DNA from: Lama guanicoe
Taxonomy: Eukaryota
Reading direction: 5' to 3'
Assembly: GCA_013239625.1 (NCBI GenBank)
Contig: MU054049.1
Location: 693,015 to 757,014, forward strand
Length of the DNA stretch: 64,000 bases
Below are positions 12,900-24,645 of the stretch, one piece after another. Positions within the stretch are counted from its first letter, which is position 1, and every line of letters starts with the position of its first letter. Under the pieces are notes generated by a model. That model worked only from the letters and a program-made list of their open reading frames with translations, did no database searches and was not told the origin of the DNA. Both the position numbers and the translations under genes were made by a program.

Positions 12900-13570
12900 T
12901 GGACCATCAGCAAAACCTGCAGCTCCACTTTCAGAACACTTGTCAGCTGACCATTCTTTACTGTCTCCTCCATGTCTTGCCTGCCCAGGCCCGCACCCTT
13001 GTCCAATGACTGTCCCATCCTGCTGCGACCACTCTTGTCTCTCTATGGCCCACCCCTCACATGGTGGCCAGAGGGCTCTTTTTGTAAGTATAAGTCATGT
13101 CTGTCTCCTGCTGAGAGTCCTCCCTGGTGCCCCATCAGTTTAGAACAAAGTCTGAAATCCCCACCATGTCCCTGAGGCCTTGCCTCAGGTCCTCCACCGC
13201 CCCATCCTCACTCTCTCAAGCCCTCTGGCCTTTCTGAGAGTCTTCATGTTCCCACGGCCCATTCCCACCCCAGGGCCTTTGCACTTGCTGATCCTCCCAC
13301 TTGCATGCTCTTCCTGTGCCGCCTCCGGCTCTCCTGGTGACTCCATTAAGTTGGCTTAATGAACAATACCTAATACAACATCCCCTCAGTCCTCCCACTT
13401 ACGCTTCTTTGCTCGCTGCTTTTCTCCCTACTGGACATGACATGTCACCTGCCTATCGTCTGTCCCCCCAGGACAATGGAGGCAGGGAGGGCAGAGCATC
13501 CTCTATTTGGTTTACCACTGAATTCTTAGTGCCTGGAATACTACTCAGCACATTTTAGGCACCTAATAAA
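12900..13570 (+). mobile_element. L2 3' fragment
   Basis: CCATCAGCAAAACCTGCAGCTCCACTTTCAGAAC...CTTAGTGCCTGGAATA L2-like motifs. Confidence 0.55.
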
Positions 13571-14014
13571 AATGCAGAATAAAGGAGGAGGTGGGTAAAT
13601 GGCAAACTTTGTTTTTAGGTCAGAGACAGGGAATGGGTTTTGTGGGCTGTTCAGGGGCCACAAGGCACGACAGAGGGAAGGATGCGGTACCTAGCCATCC
13701 GCTATGACTCCTCAAGTGCCCACTTCTGGCCTAAGTGCAGACCACCACATATACACCCAGTGTTCAGGGTGGGTCTGGATGCAGGGAGACAAGGACACGC
13801 AAGCCACAGGACTCTCTGATTGGAGGAGGGCATTTTGCAAAGTGGCCCAGATCTCCTCTGCCAGGACCTGCTTGGTCCACAGAGGGGTGACTCCTGAGGG
13901 CTGGCAGCAGAAGATGACACTGCCTGTCTGCCGGACGAAGCACGGGGCTCGGCCAGCGGGTCCTCGGTAAGAGGGGTCTGGCGGGCACGGGGCCGGGCGG
14001 AGGGGCGTGATTAC

Positions 14015-14062
14015 CTGGAGACAAGGGTTCTAGAGGGTGAGCATGCGAGCTACGGGCAGTAC
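14015..14062 (-). CDS. ARHGAP22: In-frame 48-nt exon extension via alternative 5' splice site (adds ~[16 protein letters not shown])
   Basis: Open frame continues to a second donor CAG|GTAATC (GT 14014-14013), same phase 1; peptide matches my recollection of the insert in the longer human isoform. Confidence 0.85.
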
Positions 14063-14191
14063 CTCCGCCAAGCGGGGCCCAGATGACCCGGCGGATGGCC
14101 TGCACCCAGTCCTCCATGTCCCGCTGGGAGCTGGCCATGAGCAGGAGCGCCTCGGGGTTGGCCGGCACCTTCTCCCTCTCCCCGGCTCCAC
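14063..14191 (-). CDS. ARHGAP22: ARHGAP22 internal coding exon (C-terminal strand and helix of PH domain), 129 nt, phase 1-1
   Basis: Translates (G)[42 protein letters not shown], recognised as ARHGAP22. Acceptor TCTCCCTGTCTTGCAG|G (AG 14193-14192); donor GAG|GTACTG (GT 14062-14061). Confidence 0.95.
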
Positions 14192-14611
14192 CTGCAAGAC
14201 AGGGAGAACAGGCTTACTGCAGGGACCTCAGCGACACCGGGGTGCCTCCCCCACAGGGGGAGCCCTGACACCAGCTGACTTTTATTCCTGAGGGTGTGAG
14301 AAGGCTGTTTCCCCCAAACCGCCCTGCAACAGCCATGCTTTTTGGTTCTGCATCTGCACCCCATCACGTTCACACCTCACACATCTGTCTTTGGAGCCCC
14401 CTTGGGTTTCTTGTCTCCCTTCGTCTTCTTTGTTATTTTTCTGTATCAAATCAGAAATAATTAAAATCATCCCAGGCCACTATTAGGAAAAAGCACTTAG
14501 GTGTGACACCAGCTCAGAGAAGGTCAGATGCCAGAGAAGCTTTGTTACATGTTTTACTTAAGTCATCTTTGCAAGTCTTTCTTTTTTAAGTTGTGAATTT
14601 ATTTTAGAAAA

Positions 14612-14697
14612 ATTTTTAAATGGAAGTACTGAGAATTGAACCCAGGACCTTGTGCATGCTAACCATGCACTTTACCACTAAGCTGTACCCACCCCTC
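14612..14697 (-). mobile_element. Camelid-type tRNA-derived SINE
   Basis: Reverse complement GGGGTGGGTACAGCTTAGTGGTAAAGTGCATGGTTAGCATGCACAAGGTCCTGGGTTCAATTC with A/B boxes and A-rich tail. Confidence 0.85.
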
Positions 14698-15489
14698 CCT
14701 ACCCCAACTTTGCACATCTTAAGCACATAGTGCAGTGTCACTGTGTGCCTTTAACCGGGGCTCTGACATCACAGCCTGTCCTCCCCCGGGGTGAAGATGA
14801 GACCTGATTCTCCATATGTATTAACGTTACAGAGGCTTGATGTTAAATCAGGTTGGAGCAAACAGTCCAGAACCCTCCGCCTGCCCTCCCCACTCACAGC
14901 TAGATAATGGATCATTATCTAAATGCAGAAAGAGGGAAAAGCTTGGATGAACTGCCTTTTCCCCTCTGGTAGCTCCAGCGGTCCTGGAGCGTTTTCATGT
15001 GTAAATGAATTAATCTTTGAAATGGACAGAGAACAATTTATACCGAACTGAAGGATAGAAAACACAGTCCGTTTAAGGGATTTTCAAGAATAATCTTGTT
15101 TTTACACGCCATTTCCCATCCCACAACGTGTAACTCACCATGAACTGCTGAGGTCCCAGAGCCTCAGACCCTAACTGGGACCACCTGCTGGTGGGGTGAG
15201 TCCCAGGGAATTCCGTGCTCCCAAGGGGGTAAGAACGGTGAGACGCAGGCTGCTCCTTGCTAAAAAGCCTGCAGCCCAGGGACAGGAGTAAGTGCTTACT
15301 GAGTACTGGTACCTGCCTTCCAGGGAACTCTGGAGCAGTCTGTGACCCTTCCAAGCGAACAAAGCTGAGGGACACAGCCGCCCTCCTGGGACTCTCTAAT
15401 CTTCGCAAGAACTCTGCGGGGGGTACTGTGGCTATTTGCATTTGACGGGCAAGGAGACTGAAGCACAGAGTGATTAAGGAACTTGTCTG

Positions 15490-15667
15490 CAGCCACACAG
15501 CTAACAGAGCCTCGGGGAAGGAATTCAGCCCTGCTCGCACCTTGATTTGAGTCCAGTGAGATCTGTGTCAGACCTCTGACCTACAGAACATAAGATAATA
15601 CATTCACGTTGTGCAAGCCACTAAGTTTGTGGTGATCTGTTACAGCAGCAATAGGAAACTAATACAG
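15490..15667 (+). mobile_element. MLT1 LTR 3' part
   Basis: ...CCTACAGAAC...AAGCCACTAAGTTTGTGGTGATCTGTTACAGCAGCAATAGGAAACTAATACA. Confidence 0.75.
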
Positions 15668-15669
15668 TT

Positions 15670-16790
15670 TCTGTTGCTGTGTCTTTGAGGTCACAAATCT
15701 TTTCATTTTCTCTGCCTAATCTGTCATCAATCCTATCCAGTGTATTTTTTCTCTCATATATTGTAGATTTGAGCTCTAGAAGTTTGAGTCTTTAAAAAAA
15801 AATCTTTCATGTCTCTACTTAACTTTCTGAACATAAGAGATACAGGAATAAAAACGGTTTCAATGTCTCCGTCTGCTAATTCTAACATCTATGTCACTCC
15901 TGGGTTGGTTTCAATCGATCGGTTTTTTTTCTCCTCATTACAGGTCATGTTTTCCTGAGTCTTTGCATTCCTGGTATTTTTGGTTAGGTGCCAGACATTG
16001 TGATTTTTAAAGGGTTGGGTGCTGGGTATTCTTGTATTCCTCTAAAGATGTTTATTTAAGCCTTTTTCTGGGATGAAGTTAGGTTACTTGGAAAGGGTCT
16101 TATCCTTATAGATTTTGCTTCTAAGATTTATCAGGTGGGTACAGAGTTCTCAGTATGGAGCTAACTAGTCCCCACTGCTGAGAGGAAACCCTTCTGTGTG
16201 TTCCATGCAAGGCCCAGGAGTCGTGAGGTTTTCCAGGGTGGCAGGTGGGAAAAGGCGCTCTTCCCTGCCCTGTATTAGAGCGGTTGGTGTTGCTTCTGAC
16301 CCTTTCCAGTGGTCCTTCCTCAGTCTCAGGTTAATTCCCTTATATGCACAGGGTGACAGGTTCCCAAGGGAGTTTTCTCTCTGAGCAGCTGTTTCCTCCT
16401 TGGTATTCTACCCTGAAAACTCTTAGATATTTTGGTCTCCCTTGCTCCTTGTTTGCTGTTTCTTTAACTCATGGAGTCAATCCACTGGGCTCCACCTAGG
16501 TCCCCTTCCTGCATCACAGCCTGAAAATTTTCCCAGGCAGAAAAGCCAGGGCTTGTATACGGCTCATCTCATGGGTCTCCCATCTCTTGAGGGTTCACAG
16601 TTCTTCCCTGCCTAATGTCTATCTAGTGTCTTAAAAAACATTATTTCAGTGCAACATTGTAAACTGACTATACTTCAATAACAAAAAATTATTTCATATT
16701 ATTTGTCTTTTTTGGGGGGGAGGGTTGTTTTTGGTGAGAGTATTAATCGGTCCCTGTTGCTCCATCTTATCCAGAAGTGAAAGTCCTATG
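15670..16790 (-). mobile_element. Old L1M 5'/ORF1-region fragment containing a ~35-bp young L1-tail insertion (~16649-16682)
   Basis: T-rich antisense L1M text; insert GTGCAACATTGTAAACTGACTATACTTCAATAAC flanked by near-identical AAAAAA(C)ATTATTTCA. Confidence 0.6.
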
Positions 16791-17545
16791 ACCACGGACA
16801 AGGGCCCAGTGTATGTAAAACACTGTGTAAGACACACCATCACATTTAGTCTTCATAAACACCGTATGAAGCAGGAGTGTTACTGACCCCATTTTACAGA
16901 TGAAGAAACTGAGGCTTGGAGAAGTTAAACCCTTAGCTCACCAACAAACAAGAAGAGGGGCCAGGATTCAGCTTGTTCAACGATAAACTCAATCTCTTTT
17001 TGCAGTGTAAAGCTCCCTCTATGTTCGTGGCAAGGAATACAAGCAAGATAAAATAGGTCATCACAGCAAACGCTGGGATATTCTACAGCATTTAATTGTG
17101 CATGCCTACCTTTTCCTCTGTTCCTTAGGAAAGATTAGTACTAGCTTTAGTTAAGGCAAAAAGTTGTAACCGCAATATTTCAGGAAGACATGCACCATGA
17201 AAAATGGGGGTCTCTTGTTACTGTCTCCGATCTTCCCCTTTTCTTTTATTAAGGAGTTTGTGTGGCCACGGTGTTTCCATCCCACCTTGCCACATATCCC
17301 AGGCATTTGAGGCCCTCTAGAATGGTGCGTAGAGCCCTACGGGGGCCCATCACTCAGCTCCACCAGGGGGAATGCCATGACTTCCCCAAATGTCAGTCAC
17401 ACACCCGTGGGGTGAAGAAAATGAAGGTGCCTACCTTTTCGGGAGAATGAAATGAGCTATTCCTTCAGCTTAGCACCTGGCATCTAACAAGCAGGCACTA
17501 AATATTCACTTTTATTATCACACTCAATTAAATGCAGTCTAGAGC

Positions 17546-17772
17546 AGAATTTCTCCACCTCAGCACCACCGATGTTCTGGGCCAGATACTTCTCCCTTGG
17601 GGTGGTGGGGGGCTGTCATGTGTGGTAGGATGGTGGGTGGCATCCCGGGCTGCCACCCACTAGATGCCAGTAGCAGCCTCTCCCTCCCTCCCTTGACAAC
17701 CGAAAAGGTCTCCATCCATATGTTGCCAAATGTTCCTTAGGAGGCAAAACTGTCCCCAGTTGAGAACCATTG
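17546..17772. mobile_element. MER20 hAT-Charlie DNA transposon
   Basis: CAGAATTTCTCCACC...CACTAGATGCCAGTAGCA...GTTGAGAACCATTG; near 8-bp TSD GTCTAGAG/ATGTAGAG. Confidence 0.8.
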
Positions 17773-17835
17773 ATGTAGAGCAACCAGATCTATACTTCCT
17801 ATGTGGCTAAATGACCTTTAAGATTCTATAGTTGT

Positions 17836-18532
17836 CCTGGGCATATAGCCAAAGAAAAATATAATTTGAAAAGACACATGCACNNNNNNNNNNNNNNNNN
17901 NNNNNNNNNNNNNNNNNNNNNNNNNNNNNNNNNNNNNNNNNNNNNNNNNNNNNNNNNNNNNNNNNNNNNNNNNNNNNNNNNNNNNNNNNNNNNNNNNNNN
18001 NNNNNNNNNNNNNNAATGAACAAATGCTTTTTGCAGCAACATGGATGGCCCTGGACATTGTCATTCTAAGTGAAGTGAGCCAGAAAGAGGAAGAAAAATA
18101 CTATATGTATCACTCATATGTGGAATCTAAAAAAAAAAAACTTATTTACAAAATAGAAACAGACTCACAGACATAGAAAAGAAACTTATGGTTACCAGGG
18201 GGGAAGGGGTGGGAAAGGATAAACTGGGGTTTAAGATTTGTAGATACTACTGTATATAAAATAGATAAACAACAAGTTTCTACTGTATAGCACAGGAAAC
18301 TATATTCAATATCTTGCAGTAACCTACAATGAAAAAGAATATGAAAACAGGAAATTGACAAAACACTGTAAACTGACTATAACTCAATAAAATAAAATTT
18401 TAAAAAAAGAATATGAAAACAAATATATGTATGTATATATGTGACTGAAACAGTATGCTGTACACCAGAAATTGAAACAACATTGTATATTGGCCATACT
18501 GCAATTAAAAAAAAGAATGTAAAAAAAAAAAA
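17836..18532 (+). mobile_element. 5'-truncated lineage-specific L1 (ORF2 end + 3'UTR)
   Basis: GCAGCAACATGGATGG...CTAAGTGAAGTGAGCCAG; poly(A); 16-bp TSD AAGATTCTA(T/C)AGTTGT at 17820-17835 and 18533-18548. Confidence 0.9.
17884..18014. other. Assembly gap
   Basis: N run. Confidence 1.
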
Positions 18533-18649
18533 AAGATTCTACAGTTGTATGACTCCCTCCCAAAGGCACAGCATGGTTTGTCTGAAAACCATCACCGCCT
18601 CTATCACACCAGCTTCCTCCTGTGTTCCTATCTCAGAGCTGGGCAACCA

Positions 18650-19670
18650 GGTGCCCCAAGCGCACAGTGAGTGGGGAGTCACCTGGCCTTTTCCCTTCCC
18701 TCATCCCCACACTAATCCATACTGTTCCCTCATTGAGCTCATCCAGTCTCAGGGCTTTAACTGCTGTCCCCGTGCTGATGACTTCCAAATTCACTGCTCT
18801 TCCGCCCTCCAGACCTCTATCCCCCACCCCTCAGCTCCACTAAGATGGCTCCAGGCCTCTTCCACTCACCAAATATGAAACCCCTCTCCAGGTCTGCCAC
18901 CCTTCTCTTTCCTGGGTGAGGGCAGCTCCACCTTCTCGTTACTTAAGTGGAAACCAGACCCATCCTCAGCTCCACTCTCTCATGTCTCCTATCAGCAAAT
19001 TCTGATGCCTCCTTCTTCAAAATACATACCAATTCTGACCACTTTTCACTGTCCCACCTGGTCCGAGCCCATATCATCTCTCCTCTGGATCAGTGGCATG
19101 GTCTCTCGGCTCCCTCCCTTGCCCTCTATGACCTGTTCTCAAAACATCAGCACAGTGACCCTGTTGAGACACACACCAGCTCACAATCCCACAGTGGCCC
19201 CACTCTCAGCAAAGTCTTTGCAGTCACCTTCCAGGCCCCTGGCCCCCTCGACCGCTACTCCTCCGGCCTCACAGCTTCTCTCTGCTTTGCTCTCTGCTGT
19301 TCCCCGGACGACCAGGCACCTGCCTTTCCTCTGCCCTTGCTCTTGCCAGGAAAGCTGCTCTCCCAGACACCGCCATGACTTGTGCCCTCACCTCCTACCA
19401 GCCTTTCCTCAAATGTCACCCTGGGGAATCCTTTCTGACCACCCTATGTAAACCTCACTTCTCATCACCCATTGCAACCCGGGACCCTCCCCGGTCTTAA
19501 TTTTTCCATAGCCCTTATCACAATCCAGCACACATGCAGTTTATGGGTTTGCATAGTATGTTTATTTATACTGTATATTTTCCATGCATTCCTCTTCTGT
19601 CTGTTTCATAAGCCACCCCAGCACCCCAAGCGATGCGTGGCATGGGGAGGGTGTGCACGGAACTGTGATG
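18650..19670 (+). mobile_element. L2 fragments
   Basis: GAGCTCATCCAGTCTCAGGGCTTTAAC...GCTGATGACTTCCAAAT and CTTCAAAATACATACC L2 motifs. Confidence 0.65.
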
Positions 19671-20473
19671 AATGGAAAAGCAAGAGCTGTAGCAGAACCG
19701 AGGTGACAGGCACTCACTCTAAGGGAGGCACGATGTTAACGAATTGATGGGAAATGGTGTCATCATTCCCATTTTAAAGGAAAAATAGCAAAAGTCCAGA
19801 GATGTTAAGAAACACGTCCAAGCTGTAATAGCAGTGAACCAGGACCCCAGGCAGCCCGGCTCCTAAATTTGACCTCACTCTGCGCTCACTACGTCAGCCT
19901 GGGGCTTGTGGAAGGGGCAGGCCCCTAAGTGACCCAGCAAGGACCCTGCCCAGCTTGTCTTGTTCCCAGCTGGGCTTTCTTCCCCTCGGGGCTCTGGGAT
20001 TTAAAACCTTCCTTTTGTGCCAGAGTCTCTCTTTGCACCCACGCAAGGGGTTCTGGGGAGAGGAGGTGACTCCAGAATACAGCAGATCCTAGCAGGGCTT
20101 CCAGGACAAGATCTACCTTTCACCCTTTCTGTATAAGAATTTTCATAATAAAAAGAAACAGAGTCAAGGACACCTGCAAGCCCATTTTGTGAACATAGTA
20201 GCTCGCAGGACCCTTTCTATGGCATTCAGGTCGAAAAGCTGTCCTTTTGATGTAATTAATCAAGTGATACCTGAATTAGCTCAGGATTTAGGGGAAATGT
20301 TTACAAAATACAAGAAGTCACTATTTGAAGGTGACAACAGCAGCAATGTACAAAGTGTCACAGGGACCACCAGCATCCTACTGACTGCCCAGGGGAGCGG
20401 GGAGCCCTGGGGAGGGCCCCAATACTTGGGTTCTCAGGGGTGAAGGTCAAGTGTGGGGATGCAGCTGTGTAGA

Positions 20474-20785
20474 GCAGCGTAATTCAATGGAAATATTATG
20501 TGAGCCACAGACAATTCCAAACGTCTTAGTAGCTACATTTAAAAACTAAAAAGCTGGTGAACTCATTTTGAATGCTATATTTTGTTTATCCCAATACATC
20601 CAAAATAATACAATTTCTTTCAACACATAATCAGAAACTATTGAGATATGATAGATATATACATGTATTTTTTTGTACTAAGTCTTCAAAATTTAGTGTG
20701 TATTTTGTACTAACAGCACATGGGGACTAGCCACATGTCAAGTGCTCAGTAGCCACATATGGCTGGTGGCCCCGGGCCTGGGCAG
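20474..20785. mobile_element. MER33/MER3-like hAT-Charlie element
   Basis: GAAATATTATGTGAGCCACA...GCCACATGTCAAGTGCTCAGTAGCCACATATGGCTGGTGGC. Confidence 0.7.
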
Positions 20786-21124
20786 CTGTCAGACAGCATA
20801 GACGGGGGCTGCAGAGGAGGGGAGAGCCCACCACCCCCAGACTTCCTGAGACGGCTCGTGTGTTTGCACATGCACGCACTTGCTCGGCCAGCTCTGGGTA
20901 ACGTCGAGAAGCCGGCTGGGTTTTTCCTCCCCTGCCTATCCCTGCCAGGCTGCCCCAGCCTGAACCAGAGCAGAGGTCCAAGCATCCCACGAATCTCTGT
21001 CATCCTGTCTTCACTCAGTTTCTCTTGCTGGCAGTCACTGAACGCCACTTGCCCTTCCAGGGTTAATCACCACCCCCAGCCTGATGTCCCTGCAGCCTGT
21101 CCTTGACCCTGGCTGTCCACTTAC

Positions 21125-21176
21125 CCCTGGGCAGACGCCTGCTCCTCTTCAGATGCCTGGCGAGGCAGAAAGGCAT
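21125..21176 (-). CDS. ARHGAP22: ARHGAP22 alternative first coding exon: MPFCLARHLKRSRRLPR(G)
   Basis: ACC-ATG at 21176, 52 nt open, consensus donor GGG|GTAAGT (21124-21119), phase 1 matches exon at 14191. Resembles my recollection of the N-terminus of a short human isoform. Confidence 0.8.
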
Positions 21177-22329
21177 GGTGTAAGAAGTGGTGGGGCCGTG
21201 GCGGCAGGAGCGGCAGCCAAGCTCGGCAGGGCCAGGGACAGATGCCAGGTGCACGCGGGCTGGCAGTTTGGGTTTGTTCGTGTGGCTGGAGGCAGAGGCT
21301 GCAGCCTCTGGGCTGTCTGTGCTCTGCCAGTGGGCGGAGGGTGGGGGGGTACCAGGCACTTTTTGTCTGCCCTGGGGAACTTCTGTACTTCTCAGTGCCC
21401 CAAAGCCGGGACTATCCTGGGCGGAGCGGGGCGAGGAGGAACAGCTGGGTTCCTGCGGGGCCCTCCAGCTGGTGCTGGTGCACCATCTGCCCTGGTTTCC
21501 TACAACGGAAATCCCTGGGCAGGTCCCAAGCACTGACCACCTTGCACATGCCAGCTTGCATTCTAGGACTGAGAGCACATGGAGTGCCACCCGGCTGCCT
21601 TTGGGTCCATCCCTTGCCCCAGCATGCGAGGAGCTGAGAGCATAGGGCTAGACCCCTGGCTCCATCAGCTTTGTGTCTCTGGGTCCTCCTCTCCAAGTGG
21701 AGATTCAGGGAGCCTTCCTCAGTGGGTTGGTGGAGACTAAACGAATACGTAGGAGAAAGCTGATGCAACGTTAAGTGCTTACTGGCCACCTACTCTTTTT
21801 ACGTTTCCGTCTCTTCATCAGCAAAATGAGGCCAATAACTGGACCTACCTCTTGAGGTTCTGGTGAGGGTTGAATGAAACAAGGATGCCAGAAGCTGGGC
21901 ATGGCACCTGTCCGTGCTTCCTACGTGCCATCTGTAGTGACCATCATCCCTATGTCACTGCAGGGCAGCTGGAACTCCAGAAGCTTCCAGTGGCCCAGGG
22001 CCACCCGGCTAGGAAATGGCACAGCAGGATTTGGATTTAGCAGTTTGGGGTTCTTTCCACAAAATCAGCTGCTACCCTTATGGTGCACCCCCTGATCCTC
22101 GGGATAAAGAGCCCGAGACAGCCCCCTTGCCCAGCCTGGCTGCCTCTCCGGTATCACTCACTCCTCCCAGCGCACAGTGTCAGGAGCCTGGACCACAGGC
22201 AGCTCCGGAACTGTTTACCTGCCTTCCTTTAGATGGAGCCTTCCTCAGCACGGATGTACCCAAAGCCAATGCTCTGTTTAGTGCAGACGCACTGGCCGCG
22301 TCCCCACCAAAGTCAGTGACAATACAAGC

Positions 22330-23590
22330 ATGTCCAACATCACCACTGTTATTTAACATTTCCTGGAAGTATGTGCCAGTGCAATTAGATTAGAAAGAAA
22401 ACATAAAACTATAAAAGCTGGAGGGGAGGGCCTGGTCTTATTACTATTTGTGGTTATTATTTATTTGTGTGGAGAACCTAAGTCAATAAACTGAAAATCC
22501 ATCGCAAGCAATGAGAGAATTTGGTACAGCAGCCAGATACAAAATTAATACACAGAAACCACAATCCGTTTATAAATTAGAAGAGACAGAAATGCATATC
22601 ATCTGTCATAAGTAGGAAAACTCAAACAGAGATGCCAATTTCCCCAATTTAGTCCATAAATCAGCACAATAAAATACAATCGTATTTCTTTTTAAATTAG
22701 GCAAGTTGAGTCTAAAATTCTTAAGTAAAAATAGCAAATGCATTTTTGTAAAAAAAAAAAAAAAGAATAGTGAAATCAGACCAGCCCTAGCAATTACTAA
22801 AACAGAGTGAAATATACAGCTGCGATAATTAAAGCAACGCAGTACTGCGCAACATGAAAACAGACTCAAACACATTTGGGAGCTTGGAATAGAATTAGGA
22901 AGTTATTTCAAAGGGGCCGATACAAGATGGATTCTTCAGTAAATGGCATAGGAACAACTGAACAGCCACCTAGAGCAAAATTATCAAGTTGGAAACTTAT
23001 ACCCCATCTTACAACAAATAAAAAAAATCATGATGGTTCAGAGATTTAAAGATAAAAAAATGAAATCACAGAAGTACCAAGATCCATCGTGGGAGAAATT
23101 TTGTTTAATCTCGAAGTGGGAAAGGTCTTTCTAATACGACTCCAAAACCAGAGACCACAAAAGAGAATCTCACTACAGGAAAGTTAAAAACATTTGCAAG
23201 GCAAAGAAAAGACAGTGAAAAGACAAATGACAAAAGGAGAGGGGTATATATTCATCAAATGAGATGCTTTGCAGGTACTAAAAAAAAGGAGGATGCAGCT
23301 TATGCTCAGAATGTCCTCTGCTAGATACTGTTAAATGAAAAAGCCAAGGGCGGAGTAACATGCTACCATTTTTGCAAACAAAGGGAGGGAGGAAGGAAAA
23401 ACAGAAATATTCCTGTTTGTGCAAAATACCTCTGGAAGGAGACAAAGACATTGGGAGCAGCAGTTCTTTGGGGCGGAAAGTGGACAGATAAAGGAAAAGG
23501 GGGCAGGGAGGCCGGCTTTTGGACTTTTGATATTTGTACCATATTATTTATTTGAAAAAAATAGATGAAAATGGAGTTTAATAGAAAGTG
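22330..23590 (+). mobile_element. Degraded L1ME-like ORF2/3' fragments
   Basis: A-rich; CACCACTGTTATTTAACATT, CAGATACAAAATTAATACACAGAAA and other L1 ORF2-like motifs. Confidence 0.65.
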
Positions 23591-23836
23591 ACAAGTAGGA
23601 AAGAAATCTCACATCCCCTGTGGGCTGCAAGCTGTGCACAGTGGAGGATGGCGGTGGATGGTGGGCACGCTGGCACGTGGGGGTCCCTCAGAGCTGGGTG
23701 ACCAGCTGACCGAGGGGTGTGGGGCTCACAGCTGGAGGACTGACCCGAGGGGGACCGGTGAGGAAAGGGGACAGAGCCTTACCAACCTGGTAATAAAGAT
23801 TTTTGCACCACTTCTTTGTGCAACATAATTTGACAA

Positions 23837-24370
23837 TAGAGTGGTCTTCCCTTATCCGTGGGGGACACATCCCAAGACCCCCAGCGGATGCCCCAAACTG
23901 CAGATAGTACCAACCCCTGTATGTCTGATATTTCTCCTGTACATATATACATGCCTGTGATTAAGTGTAATTTATAAATTAGGCATATTAAGAAATTAAC
24001 AATAACTAGTAATAAGATAGAACAGTTATAAAAATATCCTGTAGTAAAAGTTATGTGACTGGGACACCTTGACAGTCGATTGGATAACCACGAGGGCTGC
24101 TCAGTGACTAAGGGGCCGGCAGCATATTCTGTGTGGATCTGCTGGACCAAAGGGTGACTAACCCCTCCGTGGGACACAGCAAGACAGCATGAGACTTCAG
24201 CACGCTACTCAGAACGGCGTGGATTGTTCTAAAGCTGATGTCTTGTTTATTTCTGGAATTTTCCATTTAACATATTTTCAGACCACAGTTGACCGCAGGT
24301 AACTGAAACCACAGAGACCGAAACCACCACGGAAAGCCAAACCATGGATCAGGGTGGGGGCACTACTGTA
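23837..24370. mobile_element. MER44-like (Tigger7-derived) TcMar element
   Basis: CCCTTATCCGTGGGGGACACATCCCAAGACCCCCAGCGGATGCC...GTTGACCGCAGGTAACTGAAACC...ACTACTGTA. Confidence 0.8.
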
Positions 24371-24508
24371 TCTCTCAGAATTTTAAATGACTCAGCCATC
24401 CTCCCTAGGGGATTTACCCTTCAGATAAATTTGCACATGTGCATAATTAGGAGGCAGTGAGAATAACAGGGAACAACTTAACCGTCCATCAAGTTAAATA
24501 AATAATGT

Positions 24509-24645
24509 CGTTTTGCTCTTTTGGTGGGGGGAGGGAGGAAGTAATTAGGTTTATTTATTAATTTTTTAATGGAGGTACTGGGGAGTGAACCCAGGACCTC
24601 GTGCATGCTAAGCATGTGCTTTACCACTGAGCTATACCCTCCCCC
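24509..24645 (-). mobile_element. Camelid-type tRNA-derived SINE with 14-bp TSD
   Basis: SINE body; TSD TAAATAAATAATGT at 24495-24508 and 24646-24659. Confidence 0.92.

Noticed and set aside
12353-13018. 221-aa minus-strand ORF
   Set aside because: No recognisable domain, its start overlaps an L2 relic, and there are no flanking splice signals; treated as a chance ORF.
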